64,000 bases of DNA. Source: a virus (taxonomy: Duplodnaviria > Heunggongvirae > Uroviricota > Caudoviricetes). Of the stretch, positions 46,181 to 57,192 are shown one piece after another. The notes beneath the pieces were generated by a model, which saw only the letters and a list, made by a program, of their open reading frames with translations, did not search any database and was not told the DNA's origin. Location: the IMG/VR virus record IMGVR_UViG_3300025389_000018; one strand, given 5' to 3'. The translations under genes and the position numbers were made by a program. How positions within the stretch are numbered: the stretch's first letter is position 1; every line of letters starts with the position of its first letter.

Positions 46181-46296
46181 GTTTCTGATAAAAAATCAGA
46201 ATATAACGAGACAAAAGCCTTTAAATGATATGCAATTGTCTCACATAACCAAGTGGCACGCCGTAAGGCATTCGGACAATAACCCAAGAAAGATAA

Positions 46297-47076
46297 GTGA
46301 TTGATATGGAAACCCAACAAGAAAACATCGGAGACACCTTAATGGGACATCTCATTGACGGTGCAATTAACACTCCAGCACAGTCAAACCCAAATGAGGG
46401 AGCTATGGGATACACCGCAGACGACCTTGCTAAAGCTCGTGAACAAGAGAAAGCAAAGTTGTATCCTCAGTTGGAAAAGATGAGAGAAGAACTCGCCTCT
46501 CTTAAGAGAGAGCGCGAAGAGGAAGCAGCAAACCGTGCAGCGGCTATCGCTGCAAAAGAAGCGGCTGAAGCTGCTGCTCTTAGAGCAAAAGAAGAAGAAG
46601 AACTTTCCGCAAAGGAACTCCTCGCTAAGAAGGAGCAAGAATGGAATGCTCGTTTAGAGCAAGAAAGTCTTGAAAGAGAACGCGCCTTTGCTCTCCTAGA
46701 GAAAGAGCGCAAGTTCCAAGAAGTGATGAACTACCGTGCATTCAGAATTGAAGAAGAGCGCGAAACAATCGCCCCTCAACTTCTAGATATGATTTCAGGT
46801 AATTCAGAAGAAGAAATTGAACAAAGCATCAGCTTGTTGAAAGAAAAGACTGCACTAATCATGCAAGATGTTCAACAGACTGTGCTTAATCAAAGGCAAC
46901 AAATGGTGGGAGCACGCATTACCGCTCCTGCATCAGGACCCCTCGATAACGAATCGGACCAACATATCGCTACTCCTGACTCAGTCAGGGACATGTCATT
47001 GGCAGACTATGCGAAGAACCGAGCCAAGTTGCTTGGCAGCGCTGCATCTAATAGAGGCCAGGGTCTCTTCGGTTAA
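46297..47076 (+). CDS. Scaffolding protein (coiled-coil, Glu/Ala/Lys-rich)
   Basis: Its position before the capsid gene and strongly helical low-complexity sequence. Confidence 0.55.
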   Translation: MIDMETQQENIGDTLMGHLIDGAINTPAQSNPNEGAMGYTADDLAKAREQEKAKLYPQLEKMREELASLKREREEEAANRAAAIAAKEAAEAAALRAKEEEELSAKELLAKKEQEWNARLEQESLERERAFALLEKERKFQEVMNYRAFRIEEERETIAPQLLDMISGNSEEEIEQSISLLKEKTALIMQDVQQTVLNQRQQMVGARITAPASGPLDNESDQHIATPDSVRDMSLADYAKNRAKLLGSAASNRGQGLFG

Positions 47077-47113
47077 TACCCCCTCAACCAACTAAGAAAG
47101 GACTTGACCTCAG

Positions 47114-48238
47114 ATGGCAAGTGCAATTACAGGTACTGGACAACTCGCCAGTGCACCTACAGCTTACTCAGGCTCCAACTCAAGCCTGAACCAAGCAATT
47201 CAGACAATCTGGTCCAAGGAAATCTTGTTCCAGGCTATGCCAATCCTTCGCTTCGAACAGTTCGCTGTTAAGAAGACAGAACTCGGCGTTGCTCCAGGTC
47301 TCCGCGTTAACTTCTTGCGTTACAAGAACTTCGCAGTAGACCCAACACCTCTTACAGAAGGTGTTCGTATGACCACCAACGCTCTCACAGCAGAGCAAAT
47401 TGCAATCACAGTTGCAGAAAACGGTTATGCCGTTGCTGTTTCTGAGTTGCTCTTGAACGCTTCCTTCGATGACGTTATGGCTTCTGCTTCACGTCTTCTT
47501 GGTCGCCACATGGCTCAGTACCTCGATACACAGGCTCGTAACACTCTCTCTGCTGCAACATCAGCAGTGTTTGGTTATGACCGCTCAGGTATCCAGGGCA
47601 TCAACGACTGGTACGTAGAAGGTACAGTCGGAACTTCCATCTCAGGCTTGACAGGTAACTTCAAGCTGACCACAGGCGCTGTTAAGGATGCTGCGCTTAC
47701 CCTTGCTGGTAAGAACATCCCTCGCTTGGGCGAGACCTACGTACAATTCGTACACCCTAAGCAATCTCGTGACCTTCGTTCGAACCCAGAGTTCATCGAA
47801 GTAACGAAGTACGCTGCTCCAGGTAACTTCATGCTTGGTGAAATCGGACGTTTGTACGACGTAGTCTTCATCGAAACCACTCAGGTTAAGTCTTTCGCTT
47901 CTTCAAGCGTCATCGACTACACCTCTTCTGTCGGAACTGTTGCAGACCAAACCTCTGTCCCTGTAAAGGCTAACACTGGTCCAGGTCTTGGCGGTAACCC
48001 AGAAAACGCTGGTGCAACAGCTTATCCAAACGGTGGTTCAAGCAACACAACTGCTGCAACCGTTTATGAGTCCATCATGATTGGTGACAACGCTTTTGGT
48101 CACGCAATCTCTCTCCCAGTCGAACTTCGTGATGGTGGCGTTCTTGACTTCGGTCGTGAACACGCTCTTGCTTGGTACGCAATCTGGGGTCTCGGTGTAA
48201 TCACCGACCAATCTATCGTCAAGGTTTACACAAACTAA
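47114..48238 (+). CDS. Major capsid protein
   Basis: A 374-aa ORF after the scaffold, followed by a strong terminator. Confidence 0.6.
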   Translation: MASAITGTGQLASAPTAYSGSNSSLNQAIQTIWSKEILFQAMPILRFEQFAVKKTELGVAPGLRVNFLRYKNFAVDPTPLTEGVRMTTNALTAEQIAITVAENGYAVAVSELLLNASFDDVMASASRLLGRHMAQYLDTQARNTLSAATSAVFGYDRSGIQGINDWYVEGTVGTSISGLTGNFKLTTGAVKDAALTLAGKNIPRLGETYVQFVHPKQSRDLRSNPEFIEVTKYAAPGNFMLGEIGRLYDVVFIETTQVKSFASSSVIDYTSSVGTVADQTSVPVKANTGPGLGGNPENAGATAYPNGGSSNTTAATVYESIMIGDNAFGHAISLPVELRDGGVLDFGREHALAWYAIWGLGVITDQSIVKVYTN

Positions 48239-48250
48239 GACACCTCGTGC

Positions 48251-48281
48251 CTGGGGGCCATACTCTTTCTTTGGCCCCCAG
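48251..48281 (+). terminator. Terminator hairpin after the capsid gene
   Basis: CTGGGGGCCA-11nt-TGGCCCCCAG. Confidence 0.6.
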
Positions 48282-48316
48282 TCACTTTAACAAATCTAAC
48301 AAGGAGAATAAACACC

Positions 48317-48688
48317 GTGGCAAACACACCAACAAGTCCGCTTGACGCAACAGGTCGTGCAGCGGAACAAGCAGCTAAGAAAAACGCAAAACTTCTTCAA
48401 GAACGTAAAGATGAGATTTCAATTGCGGCACAGATTGAGCAAGAGTCTCTTAAGAACGATGTCTTTGACCCAAAGCAACCCGATGCACCTCTCGTACTAG
48501 ATGAGATTGAAAACGTAGGAGTTTCAACCGCTAATGACGCAGTGATTATCCGCACAATCACTGATATCGAGGATATGACATTTGGAGTAGGAAACCACTA
48601 CAGCTTTAAAGCAGGAGTCAAATACCGTGTGCCTGCACAACTTGCCAGTTACTTGGAACAACTAGGTTACATTTGGCGGCCTAATTAA
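48317..48688 (+). CDS. Hypothetical head protein (decoration/completion candidate)
   Basis: AAGGAGAAT RBS. Confidence 0.5.
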   Translation: MANTPTSPLDATGRAAEQAAKKNAKLLQERKDEISIAAQIEQESLKNDVFDPKQPDAPLVLDEIENVGVSTANDAVIIRTITDIEDMTFGVGNHYSFKAGVKYRVPAQLASYLEQLGYIWRPN

Positions 48689-48700
48689 CCGTCACAAGTA

Positions 48701-48762
48701 GTCCAACTTCCAACTGGTACCCAGCCCTCCTCCCAGTTGGGAGTTGGACCTTTTTCTTTTGT
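48701..48762 (+). terminator. Strong rho-independent terminator
   Basis: A 17-bp stem GTCCAACTTCCAACTGG / CCAGTTGGGAGTTGGAC followed by TTTTTCTTTT. Confidence 0.8.
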
Positions 48763-48818
48763 GCTTACTAATTTGAAGATACAAGAGATAATGCTCTAAA
48801 CATTATTACGGAGGTTTC

Positions 48819-49868
48819 GTGGCTACAGTAAGTTCGTTAGCAGCCCGTTTAAGAACTGAATTAGGCGATATGGGCAAGTCTTTCGTCTATTCATTCATGG
48901 CAGACGGAACCACTAATAGATTTTTAATCCCTTATTCACCTCTTCAGGGGACTACCCTAGCTATTCATCAGAACTCTACTGATGTTTCCAGTTCAGTCGA
49001 AGTAGAGGAAGAGACTGGTTACATCACTTTTGACACTACCCCAACTGCAGGGGACAGCATTGTTGTAGCTGGGTTTTACTTTAGGTATTTTACGGATACT
49101 GAAATAAACACTTTTGTTTGCGATGCTTTTGCTCAACATACTCTGAATCACACTGACCCTTATGGTCGTACAGTTACCATAGAGAATTTACCACAGGTAG
49201 AAGAGTATCCAGTAGCAGTATACGCAGCTACTTTAGCGCTTTACACTCTCGCTACCGATTCTTCTTTTGATATTGATATCACAGCTCCAGACGGAGTAAT
49301 GATTCCTCGTTCTGAGCGGTATCGCCAACTAATGCTCATGGTTGATGCTAGAAAAGAACAATACCGTGAACTATGCTCACAGCTTGGTATTGGCCTTTAC
49401 AAGATTGACGTATTTTCTTTGCGCCGTATCTCAAAGACAACCAACCAATACGTGCCTATCTTTGTACCACAAGAAGTGGATGACATTTCCGCACCTCAAC
49501 GTGTTTTGTTGCCTATTCCAACCTATGGTGCTTCTCCTACTCCGTCTACAGTGCCAAACTACGACATAAGCATGTACCAAGGAGACTCGTTCTACATTGA
49601 GCTTGATTTTACATTTGATGTTACACAGTATGAATGGCGTTCAGACATCGTCGTACTACCTGGTTATGCAACTCCTCTTACTTCGTTCACCATTGCAACC
49701 GTATCAGGGTCAACTACAAAACTTGGTCTTTCTTTGACCAGTGACCAAACATCACTTCTGCCACAACGTTGTTACTGGGATATCCAAGCAAAGTCGGTGA
49801 CTGACTCAAGTTACGAGCAAACCTACATGAAGGGTATGGTCTTCGTAACAACACAGGTGACTGAATGA
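48819..49868 (+). CDS. Structural protein (tail/fibre-associated)
   Basis: Lies upstream of the fibre genes. Confidence 0.5.
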   Translation: MATVSSLAARLRTELGDMGKSFVYSFMADGTTNRFLIPYSPLQGTTLAIHQNSTDVSSSVEVEEETGYITFDTTPTAGDSIVVAGFYFRYFTDTEINTFVCDAFAQHTLNHTDPYGRTVTIENLPQVEEYPVAVYAATLALYTLATDSSFDIDITAPDGVMIPRSERYRQLMLMVDARKEQYRELCSQLGIGLYKIDVFSLRRISKTTNQYVPIFVPQEVDDISAPQRVLLPIPTYGASPTPSTVPNYDISMYQGDSFYIELDFTFDVTQYEWRSDIVVLPGYATPLTSFTIATVSGSTTKLGLSLTSDQTSLLPQRCYWDIQAKSVTDSSYEQTYMKGMVFVTTQVTE

Positions 49869-51109
49869 CAAACAGCCATCCTACTAATTGCGGCTGTTAT
49901 TCTTGCGGCTCTATAACTGTACAAGTACCTAACCCTATTGTTGTACAGGTAACTACTCCTACTGGAGCTCAAGGAGTACAGTCGCCTATCCAAGTTCTTC
50001 CTGGACAAGGAGGCGCAGTAGGTGCGCAGGGAACACAAGGTCTACAAGGCACAACTGGTGTACAAGGTATTCCTGGAGCACAAGGCACACAAGGTATTCA
50101 AGGTGTACAAGGCTCTGCAGGAGTTCAAGGCGCTGTTGGTACTCAAGGCACACAAGGCACACAAGGCACACAAGGTATTCAAGGTATTCAAGGTATTCAA
50201 GGTGTACAGGGTGCTCAAGGAATACAAGGTGTACAAGGAACTCAAGGTACGCAAGGCGTACAAGGCATCTCTGTCCAAGGAGTTCAAGGGACTCAAGGGA
50301 CTCAAGGGACCCAAGGCATTCAAGGTAATCAAGGACTGCAGGGTATTCAAGGAAACATTGGAGCTCAAGGAACTACAGGAACCACAGGAGCCCAAGGTAT
50401 TCAGGGTGTTCAAGGAAACCAAGGCACTACTGGTACACAAGGAAACACTGGCTTACAAGGTATTCAGGGCGTACAAGGTCTACAAGGTTTTAGAGGAATA
50501 GTAGTAGCCTCTACAGCTCCTTCAGACACTACTGTTCTTTGGGAAGATACCTCCTCAACTGCTTTTGGCCCAAGTCAAACAGTCCCTCTATATCAATTTC
50601 CAGTCAGGTCTGGAAACTATATGACTACCCCTGGGTATGCTGGGTCTGGTCTAACACAGGTATTGAATCAGTTATATTTCTACCCGATTTTTATTACTTC
50701 AACCACTACATTTAAAGCTTTAGCTCTTAACTGCAGTACTGCTCAAGCCTCTACCACAGTCCGAATGGGTATCTACAATAACAATGGGGTTGATTCTCCT
50801 TCTACCCTAATTTTAGACGCTGGAACCGTAGATACGTCAACTATTGGAAATAAGTCCATTACAATTAGTACTACCCTTACTCCAGGCATTTACTGGCTAT
50901 GCCATGTTTGGCAAGGGGGGTCTACCTCTCCTACTTTATTTGGCATCTCCTATACTCAAGCCCTTATCACTACCGCTAACCTTTCAAGCCCATCCTATTT
51001 AGGTTGGTATCAAACCTCCGTGACTGGAGCTTTACCTTCTACGGTGGGAACATTAACTGGAAACATTAACACTGGGCAAATTGGTGTAGCAAAGTTGCAG
51101 GCAAACTAA
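49865..51109 (+). CDS. Collagen-like repeat (G-x-Q triplets) fibre protein with C-terminal beta domain
   Basis: About 65 consecutive GxY triplets ([10 protein letters not shown]...). The C-terminal domain is homologous to that of 51210-54413. Confidence 0.7.
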   Translation: MTNSHPTNCGCYSCGSITVQVPNPIVVQVTTPTGAQGVQSPIQVLPGQGGAVGAQGTQGLQGTTGVQGIPGAQGTQGIQGVQGSAGVQGAVGTQGTQGTQGTQGIQGIQGIQGVQGAQGIQGVQGTQGTQGVQGISVQGVQGTQGTQGTQGIQGNQGLQGIQGNIGAQGTTGTTGAQGIQGVQGNQGTTGTQGNTGLQGIQGVQGLQGFRGIVVASTAPSDTTVLWEDTSSTAFGPSQTVPLYQFPVRSGNYMTTPGYAGSGLTQVLNQLYFYPIFITSTTTFKALALNCSTAQASTTVRMGIYNNNGVDSPSTLILDAGTVDTSTIGNKSITISTTLTPGIYWLCHVWQGGSTSPTLFGISYTQALITTANLSSPSYLGWYQTSVTGALPSTVGTLTGNINTGQIGVAKLQAN

Positions 51110-51210
51110 TGATTACATACACACGCTACGGTATAGGAGGCTATGACCCCTCTAAGCCAAATAACAACATAGTTGAAGAGTACGAGATTCCAGATGAGGT
51201 GAGTGAGTAA
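51109..51210 (+). CDS. Tiny [33 protein letters not shown] (33 aa), paralog of 54413-54517
   Basis: TAATG overlaps both flanking fibre genes. Confidence 0.35.
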   Translation: MITYTRYGIGGYDPSKPNNNIVEEYEIPDEVSE

Positions 51211-54200
51211 TGGCACAGCTTAAATACTACGACTCTGGCGCTGCTGCATGGCTTCCCGCTGTTATGGGGGCTCAAGGAACTACAGGCCCACAAGGCACAA
51301 CTGGTATTCAAGGAGTCCAAGGCGTACAAGGATTTGGATACGCTCAACTTCAGGGGACTCAAGGTACTACAGGAACGCAAGGCGCTACAGGGACTCAAGG
51401 CGCTGTTGGTACTCAAGGTACTACAGGAATCCAAGGCACTACAGGAATTCAAGGAAGTACAGGAACTCAAGGGTTTGTAGGAGCCCAAGGAGCCATTGGC
51501 ATTCAAGGAGCCCAAGGAACACTTGGCGTCCAAGGCGTTCAAGGTTTACAAGGAGGCACTGGGCTACAAGGTATACAAGGTACAGCTAGCGATAAATACC
51601 AAACTACATCAACAACCTCCTTTACATTGAGTAATACTGGCTCAACAACAATCACTGTTGGGGCTAATCTAAATTACTCTGTTGGTCAAAACCTTGTGGT
51701 ATCTAACTCTATTATCGCCATTCAGTATGGAACAGTAAGCGCTTACAACTCTTCTACCGGCTCACTCACTTTTACTAATGACCGCGCTGTTGGTTCAGGA
51801 ACATTTGCATCTTGGTCAGTAAATCTTGACGGCGCAGTTGGTATTCAAGGAACGACTGGTACTCAAGGCACAACTGGTTCACAAGGAACTACAGGTATTC
51901 AAGGTGTTCAAGGATACACAGGTACTCAAGGTACTACAGGTCCCCAAGGCACTACAGGAACGCAAGGCGCTACAGGGACTCAAGGCGCTGTTGGTACTCA
52001 AGGTACTACAGGAATCCAAGGCACTACTGGTATTCAAGGGTCTACTGGTACTCAAGGCACTCAAGGTATCCAAGGAGCGCAGGGAGCTGTCGGCGGAGTA
52101 AATCTTTCGTTTGTTTCTTTTACGGGTTCAACTGCTTCGTCTACTAACCAATTTAACTTTAATAACGCCAATCCCTCCTCTGTTACTACTGTTTACATAA
52201 ACAACGCTGCAGCTTCAGCATTAGCTGTTGGGGACCAGATATTCCTTTCTCTTGGAACTACTTACGCACAGTTTCAAGTTTCAGGTGCAACATCAGTCTA
52301 CTTTGGCATATACACAATTCCAGTAACTTATCAAGCATCATCTGGGACCTTTACTGCTGGAGTTACATATAGTTTTACTCAATCTAACATTGGAACTCAA
52401 GGAGCTACGGGTACTCAAGGTACTCAAGGCATTCAAGGGTCTCAGGGAACTACAGGAATCCAAGGCACTACTGGTATTCAGGGAACACAAGGGTCTGTAG
52501 GTATTCAAGGGTCAACAGGCGCTCAAGGAACTACAGGGACTCAAGGGTCTACTGGTACTCAAGGAGCTGCGGGTCTACAAGGCATAACTGGCTCTCAAGG
52601 AACAACTGGCACCCAAGGAACTCAGGGCATTCAAGGAGTTCAGGGGATTCAAGGTGTAGTTGGCGCCCAAGGAGTTCAAGGCGTTACAGGTATTCAGGGC
52701 GTTCAAGGCACTCAAGGCATTCAAGGTATTCAGGGCATTTCTGTACAAGGTGTTCAAGGAACGCAAGGTGTCCAAGGATACGGATACTCTCAAGCTCAAG
52801 GTGTTCAGGGAATTTCTGGTTTGCAAGGTGTTCAGGGGATTTCTGGTTTGCAAGGTGCTGGTGGGGCGCTTGCGTATTATGGCTCGTTCTACGACACTAC
52901 AAACCAAACTGCGTCGTCTACAACAACCGCTTATGTAGTCAATATCGGTTCGCAGTTTGAGGCTAACGGTGTTGGCTACGATAGCGGAACTAAAATCGTG
53001 TTTACCAACGCTGGAACTTACAACCTCCAATACTCAATTCAGTTTACTAATTCTGACGCTAACTCAGATAACGTGGATGTTTGGATACGTAAAAACGGCA
53101 CAGATGTCGCTGATTCAAACTCTATTTTTAATATCCCTGGCACGTCCCATGGTGGTTCTGGTGCCTTAATCGCAGCGGTTAATTACGTCATCACACTTGC
53201 TGCTGGCGACTATATTCAACTAATGTGGGCGGTATCTGCCACAACCATCGAAATCACGACATTTTCAGCTCAAACAGGCCCAACAGTCCCTGTAACACCT
53301 GGCGTAATTTTTACTGCCACACAGGTTATGTACACATTACAGGGTACACAAGGTACACAAGGTACGACTGGTACTCAAGGTACTGCTGGCACTAACGGAG
53401 CAACTGGCGCCCAAGGTACTACTGGACCGCAAGGTATAACAGGTACTCAAGGAACTTCTGGTACTAACGGAACAAATGGCATTCAAGGCACTACGGGCGC
53501 TCAAGGTTCGACAGGCGCTAACGGTTCTAATGGTGCACAAGGAACGATAGGTTCTCAAGGGACAACAGGGCTTCAAGGTCCTACTGGTTTACAGGGCACT
53601 AACGGAACTCAAGGTATTCAGGGTATTCAGGGTATTCAGGGTATTACTGGTACTAATGGAGCTCAGGGTACTACAGGTACTACTGGCACAACTGGAGCTC
53701 AAGGAACCACAGGAACTCAAGGAACTACTGGCACAACTGGAGCTCAAGGAACCACTGGTACACAGGGAACTACTGGCACTGCTGGAGCACAAGGAACCAC
53801 AGGAACTCAAGGAACTACTGGCACAACTGGAGCTCAAGGAACCACAGGAACTCAAGGAACTACTGGTGGAATACTTTCTGTAAAACTAGTTAGCGGTTCA
53901 AGCTATAGAAGTCTTGGTTCAATTCTCACAGCCACTGTTCCAGCAACTCAGACTTTCTTTACCCCGTTCTTTATTCCAAACTCAGTGACGCTAAATCAGA
54001 TTGGCGTGATTACTGCCTCAACATTCTCAGGTACAGCCAGCTTTAGACTTGGAATCTACAATGATAACAACGGTGTGCCAGGAACGGTGTTATTGGATTC
54101 GGGCACAGTTTCTTGTACTTCTGCTATAACACTCTACAACATAACTATCTCTCAAGCGTTAAGCGTGGGTACAGTTTACTGGTTGGCTGCAAACTGCATA

Positions 54201-54413
54201 ACAGCAGCAACTACCAACACTTTTGCTGGTTTAGGTCTTGCTGCAGCTAACCAAGTCCCAGGGATGCCAGTCGTCTCGACACTTAACTTAAACAACGGAA
54301 CTTCTTGGGCTTACTCCCAGTCGGTTAACGCCACAAGTGGCTTTTCAACAGCAAGCTCGCTCAGCATAGTTTCTACAAGCATAGTTCCAATCGTTCAGGT
54401 AAGGGTACAGTAA
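51210..54413 (+). CDS. Large collagen-like repeat tail fibre protein (several GxQ blocks separated by beta-rich domains)
   Basis: A 1067-aa ORF with four collagen-like blocks and internal near-identical ~110-nt and ~60-nt DNA repeats. Confidence 0.75.
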   Translation: MAQLKYYDSGAAAWLPAVMGAQGTTGPQGTTGIQGVQGVQGFGYAQLQGTQGTTGTQGATGTQGAVGTQGTTGIQGTTGIQGSTGTQGFVGAQGAIGIQGAQGTLGVQGVQGLQGGTGLQGIQGTASDKYQTTSTTSFTLSNTGSTTITVGANLNYSVGQNLVVSNSIIAIQYGTVSAYNSSTGSLTFTNDRAVGSGTFASWSVNLDGAVGIQGTTGTQGTTGSQGTTGIQGVQGYTGTQGTTGPQGTTGTQGATGTQGAVGTQGTTGIQGTTGIQGSTGTQGTQGIQGAQGAVGGVNLSFVSFTGSTASSTNQFNFNNANPSSVTTVYINNAAASALAVGDQIFLSLGTTYAQFQVSGATSVYFGIYTIPVTYQASSGTFTAGVTYSFTQSNIGTQGATGTQGTQGIQGSQGTTGIQGTTGIQGTQGSVGIQGSTGAQGTTGTQGSTGTQGAAGLQGITGSQGTTGTQGTQGIQGVQGIQGVVGAQGVQGVTGIQGVQGTQGIQGIQGISVQGVQGTQGVQGYGYSQAQGVQGISGLQGVQGISGLQGAGGALAYYGSFYDTTNQTASSTTTAYVVNIGSQFEANGVGYDSGTKIVFTNAGTYNLQYSIQFTNSDANSDNVDVWIRKNGTDVADSNSIFNIPGTSHGGSGALIAAVNYVITLAAGDYIQLMWAVSATTIEITTFSAQTGPTVPVTPGVIFTATQVMYTLQGTQGTQGTTGTQGTAGTNGATGAQGTTGPQGITGTQGTSGTNGTNGIQGTTGAQGSTGANGSNGAQGTIGSQGTTGLQGPTGLQGTNGTQGIQGIQGIQGITGTNGAQGTTGTTGTTGAQGTTGTQGTTGTTGAQGTTGTQGTTGTAGAQGTTGTQGTTGTTGAQGTTGTQGTTGGILSVKLVSGSSYRSLGSILTATVPATQTFFTPFFIPNSVTLNQIGVITASTFSGTASFRLGIYNDNNGVPGTVLLDSGTVSCTSAITLYNITISQALSVGTVYWLAANCITAATTNTFAGLGLAAANQVPGMPVVSTLNLNNGTSWAYSQSVNATSGFSTASSLSIVSTSIVPIVQVRVQ

Positions 54414-54517
54414 TGGCTAAAATAATTACTTATGGGTTGGGCGGCTACGATGAGACCAAGCCCAATAACAACATTATTGAAGAGCAAGACGTTCCAGATG
54501 AGCCTACGCCTAGCTAA
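54413..54517 (+). CDS. Tiny [33 protein letters not shown] (34 aa), paralog of 51109-51210
   Basis: TAATG overlap with the fibre gene stop. Confidence 0.35.
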   Translation: MAKIITYGLGGYDETKPNNNIIEEQDVPDEPTPS

Positions 54518-54523
54518 TCTTTG

Positions 54524-55096
54524 TTACTTGTCTATATTGGCTAAGTTTCGTTCACAAGATTGGATGTAATCGTCAGTCATCTTGTACTTTTTAAGAAGAT
54601 GATTGAATAGATATTTACTTTCTTCGGGACGACCAATCCACCATGCACTTACTGCTTTCTCAAACAGTAAGCAGTACTTACCTTTGTACTCAACATCTGC
54701 TGGCAAACCTTTCATCTCTACTAGTCTATGCTCTTCGGCATGTAGGCCCATGACTGCCCAGGAATATGTCTCTTGCCATTGTCCAGCTCTTTCAAAGTAT
54801 TGGGACATTTTGAAATAGGCTTCAGGACGTTCAGGTAAGACTGTAATTGCCTGGAGTAGGGCGTTTGTGACGCTTTGTTCCCTTCCCTTTTGGTCGTTAA
54901 AGCAATGCGCCATTTTTAACAGTGAAGTGTACATAACCTCTTTATCATCTTCGGTTCCGTACTCAACTGCTCTTAAGTAAAACGAAACAGCGGAAGCTGT
55001 TTGGTTAATTTTCTCGTACTCTACAGCAGCATCAAAGTTTTTCCTAGAATTAAAAGGGTCCTTTGAGAGTTCTACTATAAGTTCCTCAATTGCCAT
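54524..55096 (-). CDS. TPR-like repeat protein
   Basis: Helical repeat pattern. It is convergent to the fibre genes. Confidence 0.45.
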   Translation of the reverse strand: MAIEELIVELSKDPFNSRKNFDAAVEYEKINQTASAVSFYLRAVEYGTEDDKEVMYTSLLKMAHCFNDQKGREQSVTNALLQAITVLPERPEAYFKMSQYFERAGQWQETYSWAVMGLHAEEHRLVEMKGLPADVEYKGKYCLLFEKAVSAWWIGRPEESKYLFNHLLKKYKMTDDYIQSCERNLANIDK

Positions 55097-56084
55097 AGTT
55101 CAATGCCTCTTCTACTAGCTCATCAATTATTGCTCCTGGTGTCCTAAGAACAAAAGCAGCGTTATCTTGAAAGCCCCAAGAGATTAGCAAGTCTCCATTG
55201 TGGACTGCTGCTCCTACGCAAAACTCAATCAATCCATCTAAGAACTTAAACTGCTTTGATATTCCTATTAGGCTGAAGTTATCATCCCATACTAAGACTC
55301 TATGAAAATAATGACCATCTTTCTGGTTCAGGTAGTTCTTAAATAAATGTACATCATGGCTTATTGAGATGTACTTGTCTTTCCAACGGATAAGATGAGA
55401 GCTTCCACGTTGGTCTAGTGGAGGTACCAATCCAGGCCTCAAGTCTACCTGAGTGCATTTAGGCGTATCTTTGTTGGCTTTTACAATCTCTACTGGGGAA
55501 GCCCATTTAATAAAATGATAAGGCTTATCTAAAATAGGTACCCAGTTTTTCTCACAATAAGAGTCATCTGGAAATGGTGCAGGAATTCGCACTCTTTTTG
55601 TTTCAGTAACAGTCCATTTAGCTTTATCAAGAGTCACGTGGGAGTACTCCATACGTCCTACCCCATTATTGGTTGTATCTCGTCGTACTCCTATCAGGAA
55701 GTATTGACCTTCCCATTGAACTAAACGGCAGTCTTCCAGTCCTACAAACTCCCAAAGAGGAGTATGTAAATCCAACATCTCCACATGAGAGTAGTCGGTC
55801 ATAACTAAGTCTTCGTTAAGACGACAAACATAGTTCTCCGTCACTAGTCTTTGGTCTTTTTCTGGATGAAGATACGCCAGTGGTCCCCATCTAGAGGGGA
55901 ATAGTTGCTTATTCTCTGAGTGATACAGGGAGTAATTGACGTGGCGCAAATTAACCAGGATATCCCCGTCATCATCTATAAATATAGAAGGATTCATAAG
56001 CCCTGTTCCAGAGGTTAAACCTTGAGGTATCACTAGAGGGGCCAGTTTTCCGCCTTGTAAAACGGACCGTTGGACTAGGTTCAT
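55086..56084 (-). CDS. Beta-propeller glycosidase-like protein (GH130/DUF377-like)
   Basis: N-terminal LMNPSIFIDDDGD and GLEDCRLV, resembling the NPx / EDPR motifs of 5-bladed propeller glycosidases. Confidence 0.4.
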   Translation of the reverse strand: MNLVQRSVLQGGKLAPLVIPQGLTSGTGLMNPSIFIDDDGDILVNLRHVNYSLYHSENKQLFPSRWGPLAYLHPEKDQRLVTENYVCRLNEDLVMTDYSHVEMLDLHTPLWEFVGLEDCRLVQWEGQYFLIGVRRDTTNNGVGRMEYSHVTLDKAKWTVTETKRVRIPAPFPDDSYCEKNWVPILDKPYHFIKWASPVEIVKANKDTPKCTQVDLRPGLVPPLDQRGSSHLIRWKDKYISISHDVHLFKNYLNQKDGHYFHRVLVWDDNFSLIGISKQFKFLDGLIEFCVGAAVHNGDLLISWGFQDNAAFVLRTPGAIIDELVEEALNYGN

Positions 56085-56151
56085 AGGGGCAACCTATCAC
56101 AGTTTACTGGTACAGATGGCTTACTAGTCGGGATAATTTCAATACCACTTC

Positions 56152-56505
56152 TTGAAGGAGTCATCTTTGGCAACCTCTTACCTTATCCTAGGTCAAGCAC
56201 AAGCAGGAACTTCTGCTACTCTTCTTTACTCTGTGCCGACTTCTACTAGCGCTGTAGTGTCCACTATTGTTATTTGCAACACCACTAATACGGCAGAGAC
56301 AATCAGCCTCTTTGCTAATAAAGCAGGCACCACCAGTGCTGCTCCTAATGCCCTGATTTACCAGCAAACTATTCCAGCTTACACGACCCAGACTTACACA
56401 CTAGGTATCACTCTTACAAACACAGGAACTGCGGACACTCTTTACATTCAGAGTAACGCCGCAACTGCTATCACAGTCACAGCATTTGGAAGCCAGATAT
56501 CCTAA
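56152..56505 (+). CDS. Thr/Ala-rich structural protein
   Basis: Tail-module context. Confidence 0.5.
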   Translation: MKESSLATSYLILGQAQAGTSATLLYSVPTSTSAVVSTIVICNTTNTAETISLFANKAGTTSAAPNALIYQQTIPAYTTQTYTLGITLTNTGTADTLYIQSNAATAITVTAFGSQIS

Positions 56506-57146
56506 TGGCTCAAAATAACCAACCAGGGGCTTACGTTAAGACCGACTCTCAAGCAGGGACTCGGATATTCGTAGGTACTTCCACTCCTTCTTACCCAGTT
56601 CCTGGAGACTTGTGGATTGACAACTCCCAAGGAAATAATGCCATCCAGGGAACTCAGGGCGTTCAAGGACCGATGGGAACCACGACTCGCATCGCTGCTA
56701 TCACCTCCTCTAATGGGTACACAGGAACTTCAGAGGCATCCATCGCCTCTGCAACGATAGCTGCAAATGCAATGGTTGCTGGAACTACGTACCGAGTCTC
56801 AGCATGGGGTGTACGAACAGGCACCACTTCTTCGACAGGTATTGGGCGCCTCCGTATTGGTACTACTACCCTATCTGGAAGCATCGCAGCTACTAACACG
56901 ATTGCAGGCTCTGCAACTGCAAGCACTTTTTATTTTGAAGGTCTAGCCACAATTCTGACAACTGGCTCTTCTGGAACAACTCTTGGAGCGATGCAAAGCA
57001 CTTATGGCACTACAGTCCTTTTGAACCAAGTAACTTCAACAGTGGCAGTTAACACTACTGTTTCAAATGTGGTCGAGTTTACTTTTCAGGCAGGAACCAC
57101 AGGAGATACTTGGACTTTCTACAACGTTTTAATCGAGCAATTGTAA
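56505..57146 (+). CDS. Structural protein (short GxQ stretch, Thr/Ala/Ser-rich)
   Basis: ATGG overlap. Confidence 0.5.
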   Translation: MAQNNQPGAYVKTDSQAGTRIFVGTSTPSYPVPGDLWIDNSQGNNAIQGTQGVQGPMGTTTRIAAITSSNGYTGTSEASIASATIAANAMVAGTTYRVSAWGVRTGTTSSTGIGRLRIGTTTLSGSIAATNTIAGSATASTFYFEGLATILTTGSSGTTLGAMQSTYGTTVLLNQVTSTVAVNTTVSNVVEFTFQAGTTGDTWTFYNVLIEQL

Positions 57147-57192
57147 AAAGTATTACCCTGTAATTTCTTATTAGAACTGAGAGAATAGATAA

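Noticed and set aside
46384-46712. Minus-strand ORFs antisense to the scaffold gene.
   Set aside because: They are artefacts of the Glu/Ala/Lys-rich low-complexity coding sequence.
50022-53883. Many long ORFs on both strands inside the collagen-like genes, for example 50022-50501, 50042-50440, 51141-51542, 51248-51589, 51826-52101, 52575-53030, 53337-53576 and 53589-53883.
   Set aside because: They are read-through artefacts of the 9-bp periodic GxQ-coding repeats. Their products are low-complexity (KAxK/LxTL) and lie wholly within stronger sense ORFs.
49865-54413. CRISPR-like periodic repeats.
   Set aside because: The periodicity is 9 bp and in-frame and coding (collagen triplets), with no spacers and no cas genes. 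The GGGCTTTGTGCTATCC copies at 19.9-20.8 kb are irregularly spaced (494, 215 and 199 bp) and too few to be an array.
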